Assembly: GCA_964613715.1 (NCBI GenBank)
Contig: CAZTJK010000004.1
Location: 3,834-67,833 of the forward strand
Direction of reading: 5' to 3'
DNA: 64,000 nucleotides
Origin: an uncultured Candidatus Saccharibacteria bacterium
GTDB lineage: Bacteria; Patescibacteriota; Minisyncoccia; Phycocordibacterales; GWA1-40-21
Part shown: positions 53,369 to 63,100 of the stretch, in pieces
How positions within the stretch are numbered: the stretch's first letter is position 1
Layout of the letters: each line of letters begins with the position of its first letter
The notes under the pieces: generated by a model
Told to the model about the DNA's origin: nothing
What the model saw: only the letters and a program-made list of their open reading frames with translations
Databases searched by the model: none
Translations under genes and position numbers: made by a program

Positions 53369-55189
53369 CTAATTACTGAGTTCTTTCCAGGACGTGATAT
53401 TGAAGCTGCCGGATGGGCCGGACGAGAAATTCGGATTCGCCAAGCCGCTCTGATAGGTGATATTCGTCGCGCCACTCATGATGATCATATTTGCCGTCGC
53501 TTCATTGACATTCGAGCTGCCGGAAAAATTGATCGTGCCGTTTTGCGCATTAAGAATCACCGCGCCGGCTGCGCCGGAAATATCCATCGCATAGGCGCCG
53601 CTGCAGGTGCCGCCACCGGCGCAGCTTGAGGTCGTCACAAGCATGATATAGCTGCCTGATGTGCCCGAGCCGGTCAGATTGCCGCTGCCACCGACAATCA
53701 CTTTTCCATCAGTGACAATGATGCCGCTATTGGCACCATACGAGGATGAAAGCTTTATTTTCCCAGCGCCGTCAACGGTCACATTGCCTGTCACGTAGAG
53801 CGTGCCGGTAAGCGTGAGCGTCACCGAACCGCCGATGTGAAGATTACCGCTTATTTTTTTCGGCCCGAGCGTGAGACTTGATGCATCGCTGTAATCATAA
53901 TTGCCATTGATGACGCCACCGGCAGTCGCCTCATCTTTCCACGAGGTGATATTGCCGCTTGAAACCGGATATGACGATGGCGATGGGTCATCATAGCTCG
54001 TGCATGACTTGTTATTGAGCAGCTCGTTCTGGCAGCGCAATTCGCCGGTCGCGCTTGTGTATTGGATCGTATGCGCCCATGCCATGCCGCTGCCACCCGT
54101 GCCGACATGCAGCGGGTTATATTGGCTATCGCCCGAAATTTTTGAGAAAAAGTCGCCAAGATAGAGGCGGAAGTAGGCATCGTAGCCAGCGTTCGACCAT
54201 GAGCTGCCGAGCGATCCGGTTTTTGCAGTGCCGAGCGTATAGCTCGTATCAAGATTTGCACCGATGACATAATTATTCGAAGCGGAGCCAGTCGAGCCAT
54301 CGATGACGATCCAGTACGTATTGCCGACCGTAAGCGACGGGTTCGGAGAAAGCGCTACGTCGACCCAATCAAGGCTCGTCGTCACGAGAGAGGAATTGAG
54401 CGCGCCGCTCGCGACGACATCACCTGCGACGGTCGACGGGGAACCGCCGCTATCTTTGACGATTTTGACGGTCAGACTCGCCGGGCTGCCAGCCTTTTTC
54501 ACATAGAGCGATACTTGAGTGATAGCAGATGTCGTCGAGACCTGGAAACTTTGCGCCACGTCCTGGGTCGCCGCAGCATTGCCGAAGGTGATCGAATTCG
54601 GTGAGGAGGTCGGCGTGTCATTCGATTGGTCTTCTGTCATCGCCCCATTCGATACGATCGCTGACCCGGTGATATAGGCGCTCGAGCTACCGACGATGTC
54701 TCCGCTCGAAAACACATTACCGGTCACGCCGGAGCTTCCTGACATTGAAAAGCCGCCCTGCCCTACCTGCACCCCGTAAGTGAAGGAAACGCCGGCGCCC
54801 TCCTTCACTTTTGTCTCAATTTTCTTTTGATAGCCGGCATCATCGGAAAGCGTCGTGACCGTCATGCCGTCGACGCCGTTGATCGATCCGGAAAATGTCG
54901 TTGTCGCGCTGTAGCCGTTTAGCGTGATGGATTCGGTCGAGCCGACGTACTGGGTATAGGTCGCATCTTTCAGGCGATAGAGTACGTCTTCCGCACCGGC
55001 TTCCGAGAGGAAATAGCTTTGCTTAGCGCCCCAGATATCGCGCGACAGGAGTATTTGCTTCACGATCGGCGTCGTGAGGCCGAAGACAATGACGAAAGAA
55101 ACAAGCATGAAGATGACCGCGGTCACAAGCATTGCATATCCTTTTTTCTGTTGTGTCGGCATGATCGTCATAATATTAGTAGGATCCAC
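53369..55189 (-). CDS. large pilus-associated surface protein (606 aa) with N-terminal pilin-like TM helix
   Basis: N-terminal KKGYAMLVTAVIFMLVSFVIVFG followed by Gly/Ser/Thr-rich beta repeats. It is the last gene of the pilB-pilC-prepilin operon. Confidence 0.5.
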   Translation of the reverse strand: MDPTNIMTIMPTQQKKGYAMLVTAVIFMLVSFVIVFGLTTPIVKQILLSRDIWGAKQSYFLSEAGAEDVLYRLKDATYTQYVGSTESITLNGYSATTTFSGSINGVDGMTVTTLSDDAGYQKKIETKVKEGAGVSFTYGVQVGQGGFSMSGSSGVTGNVFSSGDIVGSSSAYITGSAIVSNGAMTEDQSNDTPTSSPNSITFGNAAATQDVAQSFQVSTTSAITQVSLYVKKAGSPASLTVKIVKDSGGSPSTVAGDVVASGALNSSLVTTSLDWVDVALSPNPSLTVGNTYWIVIDGSTGSASNNYVIGANLDTSYTLGTAKTGSLGSSWSNAGYDAYFRLYLGDFFSKISGDSQYNPLHVGTGGSGMAWAHTIQYTSATGELRCQNELLNNKSCTSYDDPSPSSYPVSSGNITSWKDEATAGGVINGNYDYSDASSLTLGPKKISGNLHIGGSVTLTLTGTLYVTGNVTVDGAGKIKLSSSYGANSGIIVTDGKVIVGGSGNLTGSGTSGSYIMLVTTSSCAGGGTCSGAYAMDISGAAGAVILNAQNGTINFSGSSNVNEATANMIIMSGATNITYQSGLANPNFSSGPSGSFNITSWKELSN

Positions 55190-55727
55190 GCAGTATCGCA
55201 GTGCTATAAAACCATTCCGTCGATGTCTGGCCGTTTGCCGTCGCCGAAAGATTCAGCTGAATGCGCACGGCCTGTGAATTCCCCGTCGAGATTTTCGTGA
55301 AGATGAGCTTATTGACTTTCGTGCCGTAAAGCGTCACTGGGCCAATAAGGGATGGTGTCGTCGAGCCGCCACTATAATTGAGCGTCTGTGAGCTTGATGT
55401 CGCAAATTTCACTACATACGGATTGCCGCTTGCATCGAGCTGATTAAGCTGTAATACTCCCGCTGCCGAAGGATACAGGGTGCTGTTTGCCGTATCGACC
55501 GATTGCGATGCGCGAATCTGCCGCTCCATCGCCTCGATCGCTGCATATGCGGAATTGCGCAGATTGGAATCCGCGAATGAACTGCGATTGGACTTGAATA
55601 CGACGACGAGTGACTGGATGAGTGCCGTGCCGATGATCGTGATGATGAGGACATAGATCAGCATTTCTATCATCGTAAAACCCTGCTGTGTGCCCCCTCT
55701 TCGTACTGTATGGAAAAATGATTTCAT
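55176..55727 (-). CDS. type IV prepilin-like protein (pseudopilin)
   Basis: Class III signal QQG|FTMIEMLIYVLIITIIG with Glu at +5. Confidence 0.7.
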   Translation of the reverse strand: MKSFFHTVRRGGTQQGFTMIEMLIYVLIITIIGTALIQSLVVVFKSNRSSFADSNLRNSAYAAIEAMERQIRASQSVDTANSTLYPSAAGVLQLNQLDASGNPYVVKFATSSSQTLNYSGGSTTPSLIGPVTLYGTKVNKLIFTKISTGNSQAVRIQLNLSATANGQTSTEWFYSTAILRGSY

Positions 55728-55728
55728 G

Positions 55729-56247
55729 TCAGTTACCGATAATATTGGTCAGATACGTCGCGATGGTTTTGACGGTCGTTGTCGCCTTGTATGGCCAGGA
55801 AACGGACACGGTCACTTTTCTGGTATTGGCATCGACGGTGCCGCCGCTTGATACGATCCTGCCATTGCTATCGCGCATGACCGTTGCGAGATTTATCTTG
55901 CGCGTCATGCTGTCGGTCGTTGTCGCAGTCGTCGTCGCCTTCCAGGCATAATTAGTTGATGAAGAATAATCGAACACGAGGTAATAGGTCGTGCTCGTGG
56001 AAAGCGCAGTGACATTGGTCCATGCTGCATCGCGGATAGTACGCATCGCCTCCACGCCTTCTTCGCCGAAATATGCCGCCTGGGCCGACTGCAAGCTATC
56101 CCCTGCGCCAGAAAGGTACAGATTGCTCGCATAAATGAGCGCGCCTAAAATGACAGAGAATACGAATACGCCGACAAGCACCTCGACAAGACCCATTCCT
56201 TTTTTGAGCGATATGCGCTGCATAGAAAGCGATTTAGTTGCGTTCAA
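55729..56247 (-). CDS. type IV prepilin-like protein
   Basis: KKG|MGLVEVLVGVFVFSVILG prepilin-type N-terminus. Confidence 0.65.
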   Translation of the reverse strand: MNATKSLSMQRISLKKGMGLVEVLVGVFVFSVILGALIYASNLYLSGAGDSLQSAQAAYFGEEGVEAMRTIRDAAWTNVTALSTSTTYYLVFDYSSSTNYAWKATTTATTTDSMTRKINLATVMRDSNGRIVSSGGTVDANTRKVTVSVSWPYKATTTVKTIATYLTNIIGN

Positions 56248-56686
56248 CCACGCCGGTTGAGAATACCCGTATTGTACTACTTTGCGACGGAGCGCTCAAA
56301 AGATAGAGCGTGATCGTGCCGCTTGCTGTCGTCTCGCCGGAGACATTCTGAAAAATGACATCGGTGCCGATGCCGGTCGACGTGGAAATGCCGACAAGCG
56401 TCGACAGGACGAAATCCTTGTTGCCTGTGCCGTAGCTGTCTTGGAACGACGTCACTTTCGTTTTTCCGATTCGAAGGCCGTAGTCGGCGGCATTCTTCGA
56501 AGAGATCGCAAGCGATCGCGCCTCATTCAAAAGCGACATAACGGAAAGCGTGGCCTTATCGAGCGTCTGCGCCGTGCCGAGGCTTGAAAATGAAAGTGTC
56601 ATGACTGCGGCGATGAGCGCAAGGATCACGACGACAGCCATCGTCTCAAGGAGCGTGAATCCCCGTTTGGAATTCGGCAATCGCAT
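56234..56686 (-). CDS. type IV prepilin-like protein
   Basis: KRG|FTLLETMAVVVILALIAAV is the canonical N-methylation/cleavage motif. Confidence 0.72.
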   Translation of the reverse strand: MRLPNSKRGFTLLETMAVVVILALIAAVMTLSFSSLGTAQTLDKATLSVMSLLNEARSLAISSKNAADYGLRIGKTKVTSFQDSYGTGNKDFVLSTLVGISTSTGIGTDVIFQNVSGETTASGTITLYLLSAPSQSSTIRVFSTGVVERN

Positions 56687-56689
56687 GGG

Positions 56690-57907
56690 CTAATTCAGTG
56701 TATCCATGACCGAATAAATCGGTTTGATCATGGCAAGCGCGAAAAAGCCAACGGCGACGCCGATGATCACCATGAGCACCGGCTCGATGATCGTCGACAT
56801 GTCCTTCGTCTTTTGATCGACCGAATTCTCGTAGAATTTCGCCACTTCCATGAGCATGGAGGGCATGCGACCCGTTTCCTCGCCGACCGCCATCATTTCG
56901 CCCACAAATACTGGGCAAAGATCGCTTTTGGCGAGGAAGACGCTCGAGATTGTCTCGCCTTTTTCCACCTTCAGGCTCGCTTCGGAAAGGATCGCGCGGA
57001 AATAGCTGTTCTGGATAACGTCGCCAGTGATGGAAACTGCCTTCGCAAACGGCACACCGGATGAAAGGAGTGAGGAAACCGTGCGCGTGATGCGCGCCGA
57101 ATTCGCTTCTTTGACAAGATCGCCGACAACAGGCGCATGGATCGATACGAAATCAAAGAGACGCCGCCCGCTTTTCGACAGTGAGAAGAAATAGCCGGCG
57201 ATGACAAGCGCAATAAGCAACAACAGTGACAGGATGATATTGTCCTTCAGGAAATTGCTCGAACTGATGAGCACCCGGGTCATGAATGGCAGCTCGACAT
57301 GCAGATCATTGAAGGTCGCGGTGATCGACGGCACGACAAAGACAAGCATGAGGATGCCGACGGTTGCCATGACGAAGAGAATCACGGACGGATAAATCAT
57401 GGCACCACGGATTTTCTTCTTGAGCTTGTACATGCCATCCATCTGCTCGCCGACGATCTGCAGTGATTCGGCAAGCTTGCCCGACTCTTCGCCCGCGCGC
57501 ACCATGGATACGAACAGGTTCGAAAATACGTTCGGGTATGCCGAAGCAGCCTGGGAAAGCGTTTGACCTTTGCGGATCTCAAGGCTGAGCGCAGCGATGA
57601 TCGTCTTGAATTTCTTATTTTTGATCTGCTTTTCGAGCACCGCAAGACTTTTCGCCACCGACAGGCCGGCATCGATCATATAGCCGAGATTTTTCGTGAA
57701 AATGATCTTTTGCAGCTCGGGCACGGCACTCAACAGATCGCTCACGAAGCCGGACCAATGCTTTTTCTCACCGACAAGCGACGCACTTACGAGCGTCGAT
57801 CCTTCAGCTTTCAGTTCCGCATAGAGGGAAAACTTGTCCGTCGATTCGCGGATGCCTTCGTATGTCTCCCCGCTCTTGCGTATCGCTTTGAATGCAAATT
57901 TTTCCAT
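56690..57907 (-). CDS. pilC: type IV pilus assembly platform protein PilC (GspF family)
   Basis: 405 aa; two GspF repeats with three TM helices. Confidence 0.85.
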   Translation of the reverse strand: MEKFAFKAIRKSGETYEGIRESTDKFSLYAELKAEGSTLVSASLVGEKKHWSGFVSDLLSAVPELQKIIFTKNLGYMIDAGLSVAKSLAVLEKQIKNKKFKTIIAALSLEIRKGQTLSQAASAYPNVFSNLFVSMVRAGEESGKLAESLQIVGEQMDGMYKLKKKIRGAMIYPSVILFVMATVGILMLVFVVPSITATFNDLHVELPFMTRVLISSSNFLKDNIILSLLLLIALVIAGYFFSLSKSGRRLFDFVSIHAPVVGDLVKEANSARITRTVSSLLSSGVPFAKAVSITGDVIQNSYFRAILSEASLKVEKGETISSVFLAKSDLCPVFVGEMMAVGEETGRMPSMLMEVAKFYENSVDQKTKDMSTIIEPVLMVIIGVAVGFFALAMIKPIYSVMDTLN

Positions 57908-57911
57908 GGCG

Positions 57912-59669
57912 TTATTCGGTAACTACACGCAGCACTTCTTCGATCGTCGTCAGGCCCTGCACGCATTTGAAAATGCCGTCTTCGAGCATGGTGATCATGC
58001 CCTCTTTCTTTGCCTGCAGCTCGATTTCCTGCGATGTCGCTCCTTTGATGACGAGATCGCGGATAGTCGGCGTCATTTCCATCACTTCATGGATGCCGAT
58101 GCGGCCCGCGAAGCCGTCTTTCGCTTCGGGCGTCTCGACCGGCTTGTAAAAACTGATCTTCGTCCAGTCATCACTCTTGCCAACGATGTTTTCCGCCCGT
58201 AAGGTGGCAAGCACTTTGTCGAGATCGACGATTTTCGCAAGCGAAGCAAGCTCCGTCTTCGACAATATATATGCCTTCTTCGACTTGGTCAGCTTGCGCA
58301 CCAAACGCTGGGCCATGACGATATTGATCGTAGAAACAAGAAGAAATGGCTCGATCTTCATATCGGAGAGGCGCGGAATGGTACCGGCAGCGCTATTGGT
58401 ATGAAGCGTGGAAAGCACGAGGTGTCCAGTCAACGCGGCATTCACGGCAAGAGAGGCCGTCTCATTGTCGCGGATTTCGCCGACCATGATGATGTCCGGG
58501 TCCTGGCGCACCAGAGAGCGCAAACCGTTTGAGAACGTAAAGCCTATATCCGGACGCACCTGCGTCTGGTTCACGCGAGGCATCTGATATTCGATCGGGT
58601 CTTCGATGGTCGCAATATTCACATCGACGGTATTCAAAAGCTCGAGAATCGTATAGAGTGTCGTCGTTTTTCCGGAGCCTGTCGGACCAGTGGTAAGAAT
58701 CATGCCATTGGCGCGCTTCATCGCCTCCTGGATGCGTTCGAGATTGATGCCGTGAAAGCCCATGGACTCGAGCGAGTAGTTGCCGACATTCTCGCGCAAA
58801 AGGCGCATGACGGTCTTTTCACCGAAATAGGTCGGGATGATGGAGACGCGAAAGGAAACGTTCTCGCCATTGAGCTCTATCTTGAAGCGCCCGTCCTGCG
58901 GCAGGCGCTTTTCATCAAGCTTCAAGTTCGCAAGCACTTTGATTCTTGCCGTAATCCCGGTCGCGGCTGATTTCGGCAGGACCATGGCATCATGTAAAAG
59001 ACCGTCGATACGGTAGCGGATCAGGAGATCGTTTTCCATCACTTCGATATGGATGTCGGACGCATTCTGGAGCACCGCATGCTTCAAGAGTGTATCGACG
59101 ACGCGCACGACGGGCAAATCTTCTGCCATTTTTTTCAGCGAATCTTCCGGCGCCTCATCAGCTCCGTTTGGCATATTTGTCTTGAGCGCGAGCAAATCCT
59201 TCTGGATCAGGTCACCGAACTCCGCTTTCAAACTTTTCTGATACTGGAGAATCGCGCTTTTGATCGATTCCGTATCGGTTAGGCGCGGCAGGATTTTCAG
59301 TCCGACTTTTTTCTTAATGAATTCGATTGAGGAGAGATCGTTCGTATCGAGCATCGCCACTTCGAGCGAGTCGATATTCTTGCGGAATGCGATGATATTG
59401 TTCTTGCGCGCGACAGGCTCCGGAATAAGCGAGAGCACGGCGAAATCTATTTTCTGGTTCTTCAAGTCGACGAACGGAATGCCGAAAATATATGCCTGTG
59501 CGCGACGCAGATCATCATCGGTGATCTTCCCGGAGCTCGTAAGCGCCTTCTCGATGCCGCCTTGGATTTTTCCAGCCTTGAGATCGGCCTCAATAGCATC
59601 GTATTCGGTCCGGTTGATGAGGCCGGAATCGACGAGGAATTCCTTCAGCTGTTTGGTATCAAGACGCAT
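57912..59669 (-). CDS. pilB: type IV pilus assembly ATPase PilB (GspE family)
   Basis: Walker A GPTGSGKTTTL, Asp/His boxes and a tetracysteine-like region. The first ATG is at 59669 (MRLDTKQ...); the track ORF starts at a TTG at 59690 inside a TTGGTATACT promoter-like motif. Confidence 0.88.
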   Translation of the reverse strand: MRLDTKQLKEFLVDSGLINRTEYDAIEADLKAGKIQGGIEKALTSSGKITDDDLRRAQAYIFGIPFVDLKNQKIDFAVLSLIPEPVARKNNIIAFRKNIDSLEVAMLDTNDLSSIEFIKKKVGLKILPRLTDTESIKSAILQYQKSLKAEFGDLIQKDLLALKTNMPNGADEAPEDSLKKMAEDLPVVRVVDTLLKHAVLQNASDIHIEVMENDLLIRYRIDGLLHDAMVLPKSAATGITARIKVLANLKLDEKRLPQDGRFKIELNGENVSFRVSIIPTYFGEKTVMRLLRENVGNYSLESMGFHGINLERIQEAMKRANGMILTTGPTGSGKTTTLYTILELLNTVDVNIATIEDPIEYQMPRVNQTQVRPDIGFTFSNGLRSLVRQDPDIIMVGEIRDNETASLAVNAALTGHLVLSTLHTNSAAGTIPRLSDMKIEPFLLVSTINIVMAQRLVRKLTKSKKAYILSKTELASLAKIVDLDKVLATLRAENIVGKSDDWTKISFYKPVETPEAKDGFAGRIGIHEVMEMTPTIRDLVIKGATSQEIELQAKKEGMITMLEDGIFKCVQGLTTIEEVLRVVTE

Positions 59670-59704
59670 AACTTTAGAAAAGTATACCAAGAAAGCGGAG
59701 CAAC

Positions 59705-59733
59705 AAAAAGCCCGCGCGTCGCCCGGGCTTTTT
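59705..59733 (-). terminator. intrinsic terminator between the giant secreted-protein gene and pilB
   Basis: AAAAAGCCCG-loop-CGGGCTTTTT. Confidence 0.5.
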
Positions 59734-59735
59734 GC

Positions 59736-60000
59736 TTAAATCTCGTGTATCTTCCCTTCATCGAGCTTCACCGTCGTCGTCGCCACACAGGTCGACGTAT
59801 ATATGGTGCCATTGGCGATCACCGTCGAGCTCGCGCTCACGCTTTTTATCCCGAGCGTCGTGTAAATCTTATTGAAAGTCAGTGAGCTCGTCGCGGCAGG
59901 CGGCAGATCGGTGCCGGCAATCGTAAGCGATGGATTACTGAATGGCCCTGAAATGCCTGGAAACGAGACAGTCCAGGAGACCTGCTTGTTCAGATAGACG
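59736..60000 (-). repeat. copy 1 of the ~260-bp imperfect direct repeat encoding the shared C-terminal domain
   Basis: Nucleotide similarity to 62835..63100 is visible (for example TAAATCTCGTG....ATCAAGCTTCACCGT and TAAATCTTATTGAAAGT versus TAGATCTTGTTGAATGT). Confidence 0.5.
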
Positions 60001-62813
60001 CTGTTTCCTCCCGGACCACCGATCTGCGTTGCACTGCAGGCAGAGGTCGTGGGGACAGCACAGGAAGCAAGTGGCGCTGATGTCGTAGAGACGCGCTGCG
60101 AAGATGCAGTAAAGAAGGTATTGTTCGGGCCATAATTCACCGCGGTCACGAAATAGGAATATTTCTTGCCGAGAATGACATCTGAATCGGCAAAGCTGTT
60201 GGCGCTCGTCGTGCCGATTTGCACAAACTGGTTGCCGCCGCCATTGCCGGATCTTCTCCATATCTGGTAATAATTCGCTGCATGCGAAGGAGACCAATCC
60301 ACTTCGATCGGCCAGACGCCACCGGCGCCACAGCTATTGGTGACACTCGTATTTGGTGAAGGTGGTTGGGCCCATGCAGTTGCAGTCGAACTTCCGGACC
60401 CGTATTGATTCGTGCAGGTAAGGATAAAGGTGGTGCTGACCAAGAGCGGCAAGCTGTCGACGGAGCTTGTTGCACTGTTTGATGGCTCGACAGTCCCCGG
60501 CCATAAGCCGTTATATGGAGTGGTTTGCGCGGAACAGGCATTCGCCGAGATGGTTCGCCATTGGATATTCGTCGTCGGTGGGGCAGCAACCACGGTCGGC
60601 GAGACAACAAGATTCACCGTAGGTGTCAAAGGGTTCGCCGTGATCTTCACGGCATCGGTCGCGACAAGGCTCATGCCGTTTTTCACGCAGGTCAGGGTGA
60701 ATGTCGTATCTTTTGCGAGATTCCCCGTCGAAGTGCTGCCGGAGGTCGATACTTGACCGAGATTATTACTGTTCCCGCTATTCCCACGACTGCTCAAAGA
60801 ACACGTATCCGCATAGCTCGATGACCAGGCAAGCGTGGTCGAGCTATTCATCGGAATGGATGTCGATGCTGCGGTGATGGAATCGGATGGCCCGACAAGG
60901 ATGGTGGTGCCTGCCTGGCCTGGATTGGTAATACCCGTGCCACTATACGGAATATAGTTACTGCCGCAGTAGACAGTGATGGAAGAATTATTTGTGATCG
61001 GCTTCGTCGATGCCGTACCCCAGACGCCTGCATTCTGATGGATCATGGCGCCGTCCTGCCAGATATCGCACCAATTCGCTCCGCGGGAATCCCAGGAAAT
61101 ATTTGCTGTCATGCCATACGCGGCCGCGCTCGGCGCTGACGTGATATACGCTCCGGGATTGAACTGCGATCCGCTGTTTTGAAAATACACTTTGCTGCAG
61201 TATTTGCCGCCATCATCGCAGACGTTGAGATAATTGCCGGACGCGAGCTGATTGGTATTCGGCCAGCCGATAAATCCCCCACCATAGCCATAATAGGATA
61301 CGGTGCGGCCGGTCCAATACATCGGGCAGCCGCCAGTCCAATTTGCAGAACAAGTGATCGGATCTTCAGTGCTTTCGCAGAAGAAATAGCCACTGTAGCC
61401 GTCCTTGTTCGCATCATTGCTATTCGGAAAACAGGAGATCGCGGATGCGTGCTTTGGCAGAGCAAGCGTTACCAGCGACATGATGATTAGGAACGCTGCC
61501 ATGCCGGGAAGCGTCGGCTTTTTTCGAAATAGTCTCATGCCAATCAAAAGTACGAGCACGCTCGCCAATACGAGAAACAGTGGCCAGAGCATGGCAATAG
61601 GCAGTCCGGTACGCCCGACATGTATGGCGAAATCCTTGGTATCTAAAACTTTTTCAGAACCATCTGCTACATGCGTTGACAGGACGACATGGAGTGATGG
61701 GTTGGCACACGCACGGGAAACCGGCAGGGCGAAAATAGTATCCGGATTTGCCGGAGATGTTTCCTGGGACATCGGTTGAGCGCATTGATTTCCTGCGCTG
61801 TCGCGAAGGGCCACCGAAAGCGTGCCGGCCGACACCGAGGCAATCTCGCCTACAGTATAAATAGCAGATACGATCCTCACTGCCGCAGTATCGCCGGCAT
61901 CATATGCGACCTTATCGAAAGCGACATTCGCGATATCGCCGGCGATTCCCTTGACGAAATACATGAATGAATCGGTATTTGAAATCACTGCGCCGCTTTT
62001 GTCGCGGAGAGATACGAGCGCATAATATTCCTGTGGCACTGTCTCATGCGGCACTGCAAAGATGACCGTTGTGTCCCCGCTTGCAAGCGAGAGCGGCTCG
62101 GCTGCGATGCTTGATGTAGCGATATCGCCATACGGATTATGATAATGGATTTCAAAATACGGATAGGCACTTGTGCTGCCGGAAAGCCGGCTGGTCAAGC
62201 GGCATTCTTCAAAAAGCTCGTCTTGTGCGGAAACGAAGAGCTGGCCCGTCGCATCTTTCTTCCCTTTCACGAAGGCATGGCAGGAATCATGATCGATTTC
62301 GATCGCCTGGCCAGCGCTCGCATGTAAAGCGAGAGGGCTAAAATCGAATAGCGCGATTGTCACGCCGTCCTTGTTGCCGATTTCAATAGAAACAATATAT
62401 GATCCAGCTGTTATTGCATTCGGAATTACATAGGAACGGGCCTGTGCCAGGTGTGATGACGGCTCAAGGGTGAAGGCATCAGCATACGGATGCTCATCGA
62501 CGATCTGAGCGGTAGTTGATGATGTCACCCGCTTGAGACGAACCATGGCTCGTAATTCCGGATATGCATCACGGGTATTATTGACGATATCGAATGAAAG
62601 CTTGAGATCGCGATTGCCGTTATCCGCCCCAGAAATCTGCGTCTGTTCAATCGCAATATCTGCAGGAATCTGGCTCTGCGCTGATGCAGCATGTACGTAC
62701 GTTGTCGGATGAGTCATCCCAACCGGCACTGGAGCGGCTTGCGGCGATGCGAGGTCTTGCGCAAGGGCGAGGAAGGGGAAAAGGAAGAAAAAGAGATAGA
62801 AAATTTTTTTCAT
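59736..62813 (-). CDS. giant secreted/membrane protein (1025 aa) with central TM hairpin and conserved C-terminal domain
   Basis: Signal peptide (MKKIFYLFFFLFPFLALA), ~580 aa of Ig-like sequence, two adjacent hydrophobic helices (LPIAMLWPLFLVLASVLVLLIGM / MAAFLIIMSLVTLAL), a Cys/Trp/Gly-rich region and a C-terminal ~90-aa domain ending TCVATTTVKLDEGKIHEI. Confidence 0.6.
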   Translation of the reverse strand: MKKIFYLFFFLFPFLALAQDLASPQAAPVPVGMTHPTTYVHAASAQSQIPADIAIEQTQISGADNGNRDLKLSFDIVNNTRDAYPELRAMVRLKRVTSSTTAQIVDEHPYADAFTLEPSSHLAQARSYVIPNAITAGSYIVSIEIGNKDGVTIALFDFSPLALHASAGQAIEIDHDSCHAFVKGKKDATGQLFVSAQDELFEECRLTSRLSGSTSAYPYFEIHYHNPYGDIATSSIAAEPLSLASGDTTVIFAVPHETVPQEYYALVSLRDKSGAVISNTDSFMYFVKGIAGDIANVAFDKVAYDAGDTAAVRIVSAIYTVGEIASVSAGTLSVALRDSAGNQCAQPMSQETSPANPDTIFALPVSRACANPSLHVVLSTHVADGSEKVLDTKDFAIHVGRTGLPIAMLWPLFLVLASVLVLLIGMRLFRKKPTLPGMAAFLIIMSLVTLALPKHASAISCFPNSNDANKDGYSGYFFCESTEDPITCSANWTGGCPMYWTGRTVSYYGYGGGFIGWPNTNQLASGNYLNVCDDGGKYCSKVYFQNSGSQFNPGAYITSAPSAAAYGMTANISWDSRGANWCDIWQDGAMIHQNAGVWGTASTKPITNNSSITVYCGSNYIPYSGTGITNPGQAGTTILVGPSDSITAASTSIPMNSSTTLAWSSSYADTCSLSSRGNSGNSNNLGQVSTSGSTSTGNLAKDTTFTLTCVKNGMSLVATDAVKITANPLTPTVNLVVSPTVVAAPPTTNIQWRTISANACSAQTTPYNGLWPGTVEPSNSATSSVDSLPLLVSTTFILTCTNQYGSGSSTATAWAQPPSPNTSVTNSCGAGGVWPIEVDWSPSHAANYYQIWRRSGNGGGNQFVQIGTTSANSFADSDVILGKKYSYFVTAVNYGPNNTFFTASSQRVSTTSAPLASCAVPTTSACSATQIGGPGGNSVYLNKQVSWTVSFPGISGPFSNPSLTIAGTDLPPAATSSLTFNKIYTTLGIKSVSASSTVIANGTIYTSTCVATTTVKLDEGKIHEI

Positions 62814-62834
62814 GTGAATAATGGCGAACAGAAC

Positions 62835-63100
62835 CTAAATCTCGTGGACGGTGCCCGGATCAAGCTTCACCGTGGTGGTTGCGGAGCATGTTGCCGTGTA
62901 TGTCTTCGGGCCAAGCTTGGCAAGCACGGTCGCCGTAATGCCTTTCTGGCCGATCGTCGTATAGATCTTGTTGAATGTTGTCGCATCCTTGCCTTCCGTC
63001 ATGATATTCGCGACATCATTGCCTTCCCAATTCACCTGGAGTGTGTCGAAAGCCTGATCAAGGAATGATGCGCCGCCGCGTATCGCGTCAGGTACGATTG
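62835..63100 (-). repeat. copy 2 of the direct repeat encoding the shared C-terminal domain
   Basis: See copy 1. Confidence 0.5.
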
